From Schmidtea polychroa (Eukaryota), in contig CM097887.1 of the NCBI GenBank assembly GCA_044892525.1, forward strand, positions 26,970,001-27,034,000: a stretch of 64,000 nt of DNA, given 5' to 3'. This document shows, one piece after another, positions 52,833-64,000 of this stretch. The position numbers were made by a program, and so were the translations under genes. How positions within the stretch are numbered: the first letter of the stretch is position 1; the number at the start of each line of letters is the position of its first letter. Under the pieces are notes generated by a model. The model was not told the origin of the DNA. It ran no database searches and saw only the letters and a program-made list of their open reading frames with translations.

Positions 52833-53834
52833 ATGAGAAGACCATTCTCTGAATTTTCAATTAAATTGAGGCGGTATTTAGCTTGTAGACAACAAAAGAG
52901 TCTTTTACCTTTTGCAACTTGTGTCGTTGGATTGATATTTGGTCTATTATTTTTTTTTATACTATTGATAAGTTTTATATCATTGGGAATCGGAGTGGGA
53001 ATAAAGTTCATAATGCCCAAGTATGATGTAGTCTCACTGGTTCTGAAAATGCTTGTGAAAGACATGTATCCAAGCAACTTTACCAATCCATCGAACCCAA
53101 ATGGGCATATGGTAAAACAGTTTATGGATATGTTTATGAATATAATTTACTCACTTGGGGATCAGCATTATATGTTGGGTATTTCCTCGATTATTTGTTG
53201 TATAACAATCATTTTCGCAATTCTTTGCCATCTGCAAATCATATTCTTCCTCTTTATTATCGGATTTTTTATTATCGGATGTTTTTTCATAAGCGTTGGA
53301 GCGGGATTCTGGCCATATTTAATTGGAAATCTGAGAGACTTGTTGACTTTTGTCCTTATTGATAAATTCGACTGGGACAAATGTTTGATTTGTGATCCCG
53401 CTAAGTCCAATCAAACGTCAACGGTGCCTTCACCAGATAACATCATTGCGTTCATTGATATAATAATGACTATGTTGAAACTATATTTCAATTGTTGTGG
53501 AGTTGATAGCCCTAATGATTTTGGAGTTAAAGCTCAAAATAATCGAATTCCTTTTTTATGCTGTTTGAATGCAACCACGTATGGTTCAATCCATGGACCG
53601 TTTTCGGAATGTTATATACAAAATGCGGCCTCAGGATGTCTACCTGTTATTATTGAGCAAACCTATCAGTATGGAGATTATTTTCGACTTTTTATTACGC
53701 TCTATGTGTTCTGTGGACTGTTTATTTTATTTTTGGTGTTTATTTCAGTTTTAGAAACTGTTTATTTTTATCTAAACGGATCACATGAAATAGATTTAGA
53801 AATAACGCACAATAATGTTCCGTCCACAAAATAA
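52833..53834 (+). CDS. Divergent single-exon tetraspanin, 333 aa
   Basis: Four hydrophobic segments; large loop with CCG, IPFLCC, C and GC motifs; AT-rich 3' UTR with AATAAA-like signals. Confidence 0.85.
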   Translation: MRRPFSEFSIKLRRYLACRQQKSLLPFATCVVGLIFGLLFFFILLISFISLGIGVGIKFIMPKYDVVSLVLKMLVKDMYPSNFTNPSNPNGHMVKQFMDMFMNIIYSLGDQHYMLGISSIICCITIIFAILCHLQIIFFLFIIGFFIIGCFFISVGAGFWPYLIGNLRDLLTFVLIDKFDWDKCLICDPAKSNQTSTVPSPDNIIAFIDIIMTMLKLYFNCCGVDSPNDFGVKAQNNRIPFLCCLNATTYGSIHGPFSECYIQNAASGCLPVIIEQTYQYGDYFRLFITLYVFCGLFILFLVFISVLETVYFYLNGSHEIDLEITHNNVPSTK

Positions 53835-54135
53835 TAATAAAATAAATTATATATTAATTTGTATGATAATAATGCTTTTGCCTCTATATTTTAACATATA
53901 AAATGTTGGACATGTGGATTAAACCATTATTTAATTAACCAACTTCTATCCATAAAAGTATTATAAGACTGTGGAAATACACCAAAGCGCTTTGAGGAAA
54001 GCCCTAAATGACAAAGAATAAGAGCATCAATAACATGAAAAGACTAATTGTTGGGCAAAACTAATTTGTTGCCTTAATAAACGTGGTCTGTGATCGAAAT
54101 ACGTAAAATTAGCTCGCAGACATAACCCTTAGTGG

Positions 54136-54806
54136 CAGTGGCGTACCAAGGATTTCTGGGGCCCTTGTGCAGATTTTGGGACGCACAAAATATTTGTCGA
54201 ACGAAGTGATCCGAGGAACCAAACCATAGGCAGGCTTGGGGGAAGGTGATTAGCAACTCTCTGAGTAAATTTGCGCATTTTAAAACAGAAATAGTAGCGT
54301 TTCCGGTTGGGTTGAAAGGATATTTTGTTATATAATATCCAACTAATTATACAATTATTGTAAATTGATATACAATAAGCAATATTATTTTTATCCTTTT
54401 TACCGTATAGTAAATATCAACAAAACTCTATGACCTCTGCCATGATGTCGTTATACCGCCATTTTGAATCGAGTAGGCGAGTAAATTGGATTTGACGTTT
54501 TATTAATAAACAAATCCTCATCACATAAAAAAAACCAACGTCAAGTAAAGCAAATAATTTAATAGATGAATGGGTGTGACATATGTGGTTTACAACTATA
54601 TCCAATATAGATTCCTAATAATATTAAATGTATAAACCGTCCAAACTGTGGTTGCTGTCTTAATAAAAACAAAACAAACGCCAAAGCGATGCTTGGTTTG
54701 ATGACAATCGGGGAATTTATAATGCCCGAACGTATAAATTTTACTAATTTTTCGTCCTGGGCCCTTGTGCCGTGCACAACCTGCACAACCTATTGCTACG
54801 CCACTG
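54136..54806 (+). mobile_element. hAT non-autonomous element, 671 bp; longer version of 48073-48478
   Basis: Same TIRs; perfect TSD CTTAGTGG; ~270 extra internal bp. Confidence 0.95.
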
Positions 54807-55189
54807 CTTAGTGGAGTAAAAATCAAAACACCAAATAAACATCATAAAAGAGAGATTACACAACATCAAAATAAAGTAACACGAAAATAAAATAAAATAA
54901 TACAAAAAGTATAACACGAAACAAACACAAACATTACATAAATAAATAACATAAAGTAAACAAAGTTGAATTAATAGCGATAAAAAGAAAATAGAAACTA
55001 GAAATGGAAAGATTTTATCAAAAAATTACATAATAAACAGATCAGAAATAAAAATTATAATAAAAAAAATCAATCATAAAACCATGGTTTTTGAAACTCT
55101 CTATATTTCACTCTCTTGATTTCAACATATTTTAGATATAATTACGTTATCTATTTAATCCGAAGTTAATGAATAGATAAGAATTTATA

Positions 55190-56793
55190 CCGTGTTTTGC
55201 CTAATAAAAGTCATACTCCCAATACAAGCCCATTGTTCGTTTTTTAAAAAATAAATAATTACAAGCCCTACTCCTATTACAAGTCCTATTTTAATTCATA
55301 CACCATTTATACGTTTATTTTTATGTATTATTGTTTTTTATAATGATTTTTAAATGTCATTGATTCAATATTCATTTAGTAGACATTTTTTAACCCATGA
55401 ACGTACAGAAGAGTTCCAGAAAGGCTTATACAATAGATTATAAGCTTAGAATCCTCAGTGAATCCCGTACATCCGGCATGACCCTTGCAAAGTTTTGTGC
55501 AAAAGTAAATCTTGATCTGCGAGTTGTTCGTCGTTGGAAAGCAGAGGAAGAGAATCTCCAATCGCTAAAGAATGCGGGGAGACAGACCAGAGCTCAAGGC
55601 GGAGGAAGAAAATTGGTAATTTCTGACATTGAGGAACACATATTTGACTGGATTATCGAGCGCAGATCTAGAAGTTTAGTCGTAAAGCGTTCTGACATCC
55701 AAGAATATGCACTTAGATTGGCACAAGAAAATTCAAGTAATCCCGAATCGAGTTTCTCCGCCTCTGGGAAGTGGTTGTCTGGCTTTATGAAACGATATGA
55801 CCTCTCATTGAGACGATCAACGACGCTATTCAAACTGTCCGATGATGATATAGTCGAGCGTACTCTGTCTTATAAAGCTTTTATTGATAGCTTGGATATA
55901 TCAAAATATGATCCCGAATTTTGTATTTCAATGGATGAAACGGCCATTTTCTATGGTGAAAGTTCGCAGACAACCATTGAAATGCGAGGAGCTTCATCAA
56001 TAAGAGTTCTATCCACAGGTTATGAAAGTTGCCGGCTAACTTGTATACTGGGTGTACGATTAAATGGAACCAAGATATCTCCCACAGCCATTATTAAGGA
56101 GGAAAAGGATACTGTTATAGTTAGGAATGGTTTGAATATAATGGAGTCGGAGAAAGCATGGTCCACCCAGGACATTCTCAAAAAATGGATTGACATCAAT
56201 TTCCCATTGGTGCTTAGGGGACAAAAAAGAGGTTTGCTAATTTGGTATTCGGCCTCTACGCATCGGGCTACCCAGATGAAGTCATTTTTGCAGACCAGAA
56301 ACATTGATCAAGTAATGATTCCGTCGGGGATGACTGGTTATTTGCAACTTATGGATGTGGCAGTAAATAGTCCGTTTAAATTGGGATTTAGAGATAAAAT
56401 AAACGATTATATTGAGCATAGGATGGTCAAAAATGCAAAGGGAAATGCCATAAAACCGCCTTTGGTTGAAGTAGAGAGTTGGATTCGGCATTCTTGGGGG
56501 AAAATTAATACGAATATTATCAGTAATGGGCTACGCGCATCATATCTATTATACAATCAGAATTTTAGTGAAACTTTAATTTACAATCATGAAATAAAAA
56601 TCAGAGCTGCACTTGATAATTTACGTAATCAGGATATCAGTGCGTCCAGTCAGATTATTGAAGATGATATGGACGACGAAACGGCTATTTTTGAATAAAA
56701 AAACTACTCCCAATACAAGTCTTTTTTGTATTTTTAAACAATTTTACGCAAAAAAATAAATACAAGTCATGACTTTTATTCGGCAAAACACGG
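55190..56793 (+). mobile_element. Full-length pogo/Tigger-type DNA transposon, 1604 bp
   Basis: 25-bp TIR CCGTGTTTTGCC(T/G)AATAAAAGTCAT with 1 mismatch; TA TSD; subterminal actcc(c/t)a(a/t)tacaag repeats. Confidence 0.95.
55397..56698 (+). CDS. pogo-family transposase, 433 aa (HTH + CENP-B HTH + DDE_1), probably catalytically defective
   Basis: RKAYTIDYKL..W; FSASGKWLSGFMKRYDLSLRRST; MDETAI; LLIWYSASTH (Tyr where Asp is expected); TGYLQLMDVAVN.PFK. Confidence 0.93.
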   Translation: MNVQKSSRKAYTIDYKLRILSESRTSGMTLAKFCAKVNLDLRVVRRWKAEEENLQSLKNAGRQTRAQGGGRKLVISDIEEHIFDWIIERRSRSLVVKRSDIQEYALRLAQENSSNPESSFSASGKWLSGFMKRYDLSLRRSTTLFKLSDDDIVERTLSYKAFIDSLDISKYDPEFCISMDETAIFYGESSQTTIEMRGASSIRVLSTGYESCRLTCILGVRLNGTKISPTAIIKEEKDTVIVRNGLNIMESEKAWSTQDILKKWIDINFPLVLRGQKRGLLIWYSASTHRATQMKSFLQTRNIDQVMIPSGMTGYLQLMDVAVNSPFKLGFRDKINDYIEHRMVKNAKGNAIKPPLVEVESWIRHSWGKINTNIISNGLRASYLLYNQNFSETLIYNHEIKIRAALDNLRNQDISASSQIIEDDMDDETAIFE

Positions 56794-56850
56794 TATTGAA
56801 ATAAGGAAATAACACAAAATTTGACACATCAATATTTTTTAAATTAACCC

Positions 56851-56949
56851 ACTTTCCGTGATCGGATTGATCTGATATTTTAACAGCATGCATTTTTCTC
56901 GACAACGATCCTACCTGTCAAATTTCAGCTCAATCCGATCACGGAAAGT
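56851..56949. repeat. 20-bp perfect inverted repeat, ~60-bp spacer; likely internal to a small repeat
   Basis: actttccgtgatcggattga ... tcaatccgatcacggaaagt. Confidence 0.8.
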
Positions 56950-57398
56950 ATCTTAATTTAACACCACAAAATTTGCGTGGCACAATCAATCAATGAAACG
57001 CGAAGTTAATATAGAGAGAGTAATGATAAAAACACTAGAATATTCTATGAAAATACTATAATTCAACATGGCGCCAACATCAACAGCAAATGAAAATAAC
57101 AATAACATTTAGAAAATTAAATCGTCATAAAATAGTAAGAAAATCACTAAAAAATTAAAAAGAAATAGGAATTATATAGTAAAACTTTTAAAAATAGCAT
57201 AGAGTATTTTAGAAAATAGCCATATCCATTATGGCGGCGGATTTAATTAAAATTAAATAAAAAATAAAAATTATAAAATAAAATAAACCATAAATAATAA
57301 AAAATCCCCATAAAAATTTATAAAAATTGAAATCGAAAATTAAATAGAATTAAAATAATTCGAATTTGTCTTAATGCATTAATGCACACACACAAAAA

Positions 57399-57796
57399 TT
57401 AGAACGATCCTAGGACGATCCACACGAAGCCGGATGGCGGCTGTCCTCTCAGGTAACATTGTAACCTGGCGGAGCCATCGGGGTCCTCTAACTTGCCGTC
57501 CAGATTTTCATTTTCTAATCTCTGCATCCGATCTAAGGCTGTCTTGACATCGCTAAGGGCCCTCATCAACGTCAGCTTCGTGTGGTTGACGTAGGCTCCA
57601 CCTTTGGCTTTACCGGGACCACACTCTGGTACGTCCAATCGTGGATGCAGTACCAGATCCACCGCGAGTGTAAACGAGTGAGCTCCTCGTTCCTGTCGAG
57701 ACTCACTCGATCTCCGGCCTTTATCTGAACTGTTTCGGGGGTCGATTCGGTCGACGAGGGACCGGCCTGCTTGTTACTTCGTACTGTACTAGTCAT
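57399..57796 (-). other. GC-rich coding-like fragment of unknown origin (two overlapping ORFs)
   Basis: GC well above flanks (36/60 in line 57421-57480); two ORFs joinable by one frameshift; no motif recognised. Confidence 0.35.
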
Positions 57797-58479
57797 ATCA
57801 ACAGTAACAAAAGAAATGTTAAAGTATTTCCTAACGAACCTTCACCCGCCAATTCGGGGTTTATATTAACCAAAATAAAATTCTAATTCCATCCCCGAAT
57901 TAAAGTTAAACCAGCTAAATGATCTTTCCTTGTACATTTGACGTTTAAATTAACTACACTTATATTAACAGCATACTTTTGAATTCTAACTCTAAAATTT
58001 AACTTAAATAAAAATTTAAATCAACAGCCAATGATTTCATATTTTTAACTTGAAGATTTAAATTAACGAAATTAAATTACGAAATAATTTTTATATTTTA
58101 AGGTTCCCATTTACTTAAAGAAATTAAATTAACGAGATATTTCATAAATGTCCACTTTAATTGGCCGTTGTTTAAACTAGTCGATAAAATCACTTTATTG
58201 ACTAAACATTTGATAATTATTTTAATAAAATTTTCTAAGATCCAAATAAATTCGACTGCGGGGAGGTGAGTTGCCACATGTCGGGGATTATATTCGGTTC
58301 CTAGCAACCCCTAACCCCAGTGGTTGTAAATGGCTTCAACGTCAACCAGAACTGCTGGGTAATTTATTTTTGGAATTTTTAAATTGTTCAATTTTAGAAA
58401 TTGATCCCTCAAAATTCAATTTCAAAAGTGTGTTGAGGTTTTAAAAGTAAATTATTAAATTATATAGTTCAGATTAAAA

Positions 58480-59315
58480 GGAAAACCGAAATTGAATGGC
58501 GGTGAAGCAGAGAAGCAATGGCAAAGAAACATATGAGAAAAACAGAACTATAAAAGGGTACAATCAGACATGAAATGGGAAAATGCGCAAACCTGAGGAA
58601 GTTGAATAAAGTGAAAGTTATCGAAATTGAAGCTGGAAACGTGAGAGGGGTAGATTAGGGGATGGTGAAAACGACAGTGAGCAAGAAATTGATAGAAAGT
58701 GTTTAGAAAGGGTCGTAAAACAGACAAATAAAAAACACAAAATATTAATTAATTAATTAATTGGCTAATGGGAAACCCGAGCAATGAAGAAAACCTGAGC
58801 GCGGCAATTTGGAAGGATAAACAAATGGGGAATTCAGAGAGCAATTATCCAAACAGCTGGATAAACGAGGGTAAACAAAAAAAGGGGAATTAGGAAGAGG
58901 GTCAACAGAAATAGCTAATTAGGGAATGATAACTAAGGAAGTCAAAACCAATTAGGTCAAAAATAGGGCAATTACAACGATTATGGGAGTATATAAGGAA
59001 ACTCCAAATTCACATAATCGGCGATAGCCTTAGGTAGGGAAGAAGAAAACGACATTAGGAGTAGGAGGAATAGAATGAAAGAAGAAAAAGAATTATAGGA
59101 AAGACTGAAGAGTTAGACAAGGAGTGTCAAAAGAGATTGGATCAGAGAGCGGAACTAAATTGTGTGAGAATTGTGGTTAACCCACAGTGTAATTAATTGT
59201 CGAGAGTTGTAAATTTTTATATAACAAATATACGTTGGGAGTTTATGTTTATTGATTTTGGAACACGTGGAGTCAGAGTAACCAACGGTTGATTTTGATA
59301 TCATAAAACCCAACA
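58480..59315 (+). mobile_element. Truncated relative (copy B) of the 47-51 kb element: ORF tail plus LTR-like module
   Basis: taattaattaattggctaat..gaaacccgag, TATATAAGG, tacgttggg, acacgtggagtcagag, ending cccaaca. Confidence 0.75.
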
Positions 59316-60535
59316 AGTGGAATATATTTGCATAGTATATTCAAAGTATTGACGTTTATGCAATGATAGCATTTAGCATGCTAATTTATTTATTAGGAAT
59401 TTCACTACTTCGAATTTTTTATTGTCTACAAGAAAGTTTTGTTCGCCACAATATTTGGTTATATGTTCGTGGATGCAGTTGAAATTAGGTAATGGGTTTT
59501 TCCTGCTGGAGACCAAGGAATGACCCCTTTCCCCAGTTACACATCATCACCAATCGGTAAAACTTTACTAGTTGATATGTTTTTATATTAAAAATAAAGT
59601 CTATGATTTTGTTAACTCTTTCTTTTGAATTTGATTAATTAACTATTTTTGTTGTAAATCATTATGAAATAATTGATGTTTATTATTTTTCTTCTATGGT
59701 AATGAGAGGGTATATATCCTAATTCACGAGGCTGATCCTGGGAAAAGGTCCCTTGCCCTTTCTCGACATGCATGCGTCTACTTCTGAGGGTGACAGGGAA
59801 TTCGAGTAAAGATTTGGTTTGACTTGACCTCCCTAATGTAATATGTGCAAAAAAAATGTTTAAACCTCCGCGAGTTCTCATTTAATTGTTATAAGTTGAG
59901 AGTTACACCACTGTGTTGAATAAAAATAGACCATAAGGTCCTGATGCGAAGGATTAACCATCTTTATAATTTCAGGGGAATAACACCGACAGACGAACGG
60001 TTAGAATTATAACAACTTCAAGCGGTGCGGCAGGAGTGAGAAGTTGCGTGTACCATAGCAGTGGCTATGTTAGGATGAATACGGGAGAGGAGACGTCTGG
60101 TGCGAAAATATCGGTCGAACTTTATTGCTGCATGTTATAAATCTAGAATAAAATTCTAATAGGGATAGTTCATACAATTTTTGAGGATTCAAAGTGTGGT
60201 GGTCTTCTGCACAAAATGGAGTTTTTTTAGGATTTAAAATAATTTTAAATAGATCTTAATCAAGTTCGTTGTATTTATTTGATTCATTTGGAGAAATTTA
60301 TTTGCGCTACAATTTAATTTTCTAACTGAAACAATAAATCGATTGTTGAAAGAATAAAGTTTCTATCTCTATTCGGATTTTGAATTTTAATTTTCATCGT
60401 TATTTACAATTGTTTTATTTCTACATTGAAAGTTTTCAAGAAAACTCTAAATATGCATCGATATTTCAATATAAGCAATTTTATTCTCGTATCTTTACTG
60501 ATGAAAGATACTTTCAGGAAAAATAATCTTTGTTT

Positions 60536-61480
60536 TGTTGGGCTTTACAAATTCAAGTTGGTAATCTCTGACTCCACGTGTCCTTTTAATCAAAACAATA
60601 AACTACCCAACGTATTTTGAATCACAAAAATATATTTCTCTCGACAATAAATAATCATTAACCAAAGTTTTACGAGTTTGACCAATTCTCCGCTCGGTGT
60701 TGATGCTTTGACAAAAGATAATATTCACCTTTTTATTCCCTAGCTTCTTTTGACCAACCAAAAATCTTTTTCTATTTAATTTAATTCCTTTCCACTTTTT
60801 ACGTATCTCCTGATTCTATATTTTCTTTTTCCCTAAACTTCCTAATTCGTCTTTTCCCTTTACCTACCCTCGTTTTCTTCTAACTCCTAGCTGAGGCAAA
60901 ATGCCGATTATTTTGAATTTCGACTTTACCTTTATACTAGAATAACCACTTTGATTAATTGGTAGTTCCTTTAACGCTGTTTGAACCATATCATGATTAA
61001 TTGGCTCCTTTTGCTACTCCTTCGTAATAGGCCTAAACTTTGTTTGTATCCATTAATCATACTGTCATGATAATGGCCTTCCGAGATTCTCATTTTGTTT
61101 ACTTTTCATGTTAATCGAGCTCGGGTTTCCTTCATCTCTCTGGTTCTCCATTGGCTCGGTTTTCTATTATCTCAGGTTTTCTATTAGCCAATTAATTAAT
61201 TAACGATTTTCTGTTTTAAGACATTCGAATGCTTCTTAACTCTTTCTAACTATTTTCTGATAAATTTCTAATCACCATCTTGTTGACCCTTAGCTAATCT
61301 ATATCTGTCCCGTTTTCCGATTCAATTTCGATAAATTTACCATTTATTGTTTTTTCTCGGATTTTTGCTTTCGCAACTGCTTGAGCCATTTCTTGATACT
61401 GCTTCCATCATATTTTTCTTTACTATCAATTCTGTGCATGACCACGATTTTATTTGTTTTTTTCATTCAACTTCAATTTA
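60536..61480 (-). mobile_element. Truncated relative (copy C), tail-to-tail with copy B
   Basis: Direct similarity to 48480-49110 (ctgaggcaaaatgccgat; ctcgggtttcc repeats; ctattagccaattaattaatt); ends cccaaca. Confidence 0.8.
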
Positions 61481-61510
61481 TTTAAATTTATCTTAATTTA
61501 CTGACCTCAG

Positions 61511-61704
61511 CACTTTCATTAAATTGACTCTACTGACGAATTATGTTTTGACTATGATTTTATCTTTTGCTGGATCTATTATTATTAACTTCTTGTACGA
61601 TGATTCTTTGGTATTGATTCTACAGAATCCAGTTGGTTTATTTCATGCCTCAATTATCTGGTATTTAATTTATTACTGTCCTGAAGATATCGTTTATAAA
61701 TTGT
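61511..61704 (+). CDS. TMEM38-like: TRIC/TMEM38-family channel fragment (exon or pseudogene)
   Basis: NYVLTMILSFAGSIIINFL..ASIIWYLIYYCPEDIVYKL resembles TMEM38 MLxxFGxxI..ASAVWYLIFFCPxDLFYK. CAG acceptor at 61508-10; possible GTACAA donor near 61706; no other exons found. Confidence 0.65.
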
Positions 61705-62104
61705 ACAAAAGAAAAATTAACAAAAAGAATTCTCTCTCAATATTAATTTATTTAAAAATACTAAAAACTTAGCTACTACAAAAAAGTCAAATTAATTTTA
61801 TAGTCCCAAATATTGCAATTATTTCAAATCATTAATAATATTGCACAATATTTCAACCCCTGTCTTTAATCGGGAGAGGTTATCTGATCTCGCCACGCTT
61901 ATCCGCATAAAATTTTGATTCGGCAGATTTGTGAATCTAAATTAATAAAAATTAGTATATAATACTGAAAAAGGCTAAAACTAAACACTAACATAAATCC
62001 AGGCAAAAATAAAACACTTTTTTCACTGGCTCGTTTTTGAACTTCCTCCAAGGGAATATTTTTCGGAAGAGAAATCCATATAAAATAACCCCCCTATGGC
62101 AAAG

Positions 62105-62144
<40 letters not shown>

Positions 62145-62929
62145 AGAATTCTAACAACTTACTGGAGATGGAGAAACTTTCACTTCAGCAGGCAGCTTTT
62201 CCTTTAGAATAGTTCGAGCAGTTTCTAATCTTGACTGATTACAGAAAAACGAATTAATAGAAAGTGAGGATTAATATTTAATAATGAAGTAAATATGTAT
62301 GTGTACAATTAATCTCTATCAGTACAAGTTAAACTAATAATACTACCCTCCTAAATTATGAATTAGGAAAGCAATAAAAATAGTGCTTAAAATGTATATT
62401 GGAATCTAATGTTGTCTCCTAACAATACAGAAATAGTATTGTGATTTGATCGAAATTTAAACATTTAAAATATCACGATTTTTATATTTTTCAATTCCTG
62501 AAGCTTGAGTTAAATGGAAAAATAAGGTATCGGCTTTACGGATAAAATGTTTCGTTATTAAGCTTTACCCAACGTGGGTAGTCATTTAAAAACGAATTTA
62601 TAAAAAATTAAATTATTGAAACTATCATATTCAAAAGGATATAAAAGTAGGTAGGTAGTACCCCTCTAAACAGACCATCCAATGTAGCTCATTCTAGAAA
62701 AAATTTTTTCTACTTCTCCAGAGGCTACAATATATTTTTTCAAATTCACACTATAGTGAAGGGGTCTCTTTTGATCAATGGAATTTCTTGTACACAAAAT
62801 CCGGTCTCTCTAAAAAAACTGTCACTAAAAAATCCAAGGTATTTTTAATGTCCCTGTATTTTTTGTATATAGAATTTATGGTCAAATATTTTGATTTAAG
62901 TAAATTAGGGCTATATTTTTAAAATTCGT

Positions 62930-63350
62930 AATAGATATTTAATTTTGTAGAAGCATTTTTGGTCAAATATTTAGAAGAATCGATGGCCACGTGAAATTTC
63001 GGTAATAATTTTAAATTAAGTAAATTAGTGTAATATTTAAAAATTAAGTAATAAATTTTAAATTTTGGTTAGGTATTTTGATTAACACTGAGAAATAGAG
63101 GTAATAATTAAAAATTAAGTAAATATTTTAAAAACAAGTATTAATTTTAAAATTTAGTTAGATATTTAGAAGAATCGTTGGGTATTGAGAAATGAAGGTA
63201 ATAATTTAAAATTAAAGCAAATTATAGTAAATTAAGGCAATATTTTAAGGAAAAGTAATAGGTTTAAACTTATTGGTAAAATATTTAGAAAAACCAAAGG
63301 ATATTGAAACATTTTTAAATTAAAGTAATAATTTAAAATTCTATATTTTC
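62930..63350. repeat. Degenerate AT-rich tandem repeat, ~105-120-bp period
   Basis: Recurrent atatttagaagaatcg and ggtaataatt(t/a)aaaattaa(g/a). Confidence 0.6.
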
Positions 63351-64000
63351 AGAACAGTTTTAATTGTAGTGCCTCTGACTTTTATCAATTTAATAATTGA
63401 ACTTAAAATATATCGTTGGTTTACAAGCAAAATTCACTAAGTACATTTTCCAAGATTTTGATTTTTTGTACTAAATTAAATCATTATAATGCCAACTTTT
63501 TTTATAAGTCGTAAATTGATATTGTTGAGGTTTTTAGGCGGACATTTATTGCACTAAGTCAATCGTGCTATTATAATACAATCAGAAATATCGATTTACT
63601 AAAAACTATGTTTTTTGACTTATTGATTTCTGCTTTTAAACCGACGATATTATTAAATTAAATTAATTAAAATCAAATTAAAATTATTTTTTAAATAATC
63701 TGGACTTTTTTTCAAAAATCAAATTCAATATAAAAAAAACAATGAAACATTCAACTTCCCAATCAATAAATCTTGTCAGAACTAATAAACCAGATATGCC
63801 AGACATTCAAGAAACGGAAGCCTTCGTTTTATTAGCTATGATCTCTCTGATGATGGTCAAGATCTTCAACAATCTCCATACAATCGCCAAATCAAGTGTC
63901 CGTGCTTTCGTTGGTACATTAACTATCGGAGCAGATATATCAATTATTTATTTCAATGTTCCTTTGAATAAAATCTTCATTCAAATTAGTTGTATGTCTC

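Noticed and set aside
63780-64000. Next TRIC exon or a new gene at the window end
   Set aside because: No frame matches TMEM38 or anything I recognise.
1-64000. CRISPR arrays, operons, tRNA/rRNA/snRNA genes, alternative genetic code
   Set aside because: No repeat-spacer periodicity and no cloverleaf or rRNA motifs. Conserved genes translate correctly with the standard code.

Overview
AT-rich eukaryotic (invertebrate-like) genomic DNA with spliceosomal introns of two size classes (47-165 nt and 4-10 kb), microsatellites, four assembly gaps and dense transposon debris. The species cannot be determined from this window. There are no prokaryotic features, CRISPR arrays, tRNA or rRNA genes. Host genes: (1) a ZSWIM4/5/6-family gene on +, with 4 exons at 13294-31212 and its 5' exons not found; (2) a complete 4-exon topoisomerase I gene on +, 40510-42837; (3) an intronless divergent tetraspanin, 52833-53834; (4) a TRIC/TMEM38-like fragment at about 61.5-61.7 kb. 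Mobile DNA: a full-length pogo-type element whose intact ORF has one catalytic Asp replaced by Tyr; hAT, piggyBac, Tc1, pogo and Merlin MITEs or deletion derivatives with readable TIRs/TSDs, several nested; and Gypsy and Penelope remnants. Best candidate for something new: a decayed Gypsy-type element on - (47.4-51.4 kb). It has a tRNA-Trp-like PBS and a gag with three zinc knuckles. Where pol is expected it has a Lys/Glu-rich segment and a parkin-like ubiquitin-like domain. Two related copies share its 3' module but have different upstream ORF tails. Other oddities: an actin fragment inside scrambled Penelope RT pieces, two orphan Lys-tailed ORFs each followed by a small hairpin, a Tc1 copy inserted into its own family, and a 410-bp foldback upstream of TOP1. 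All family assignments are from motif recognition by eye; no database search was run.
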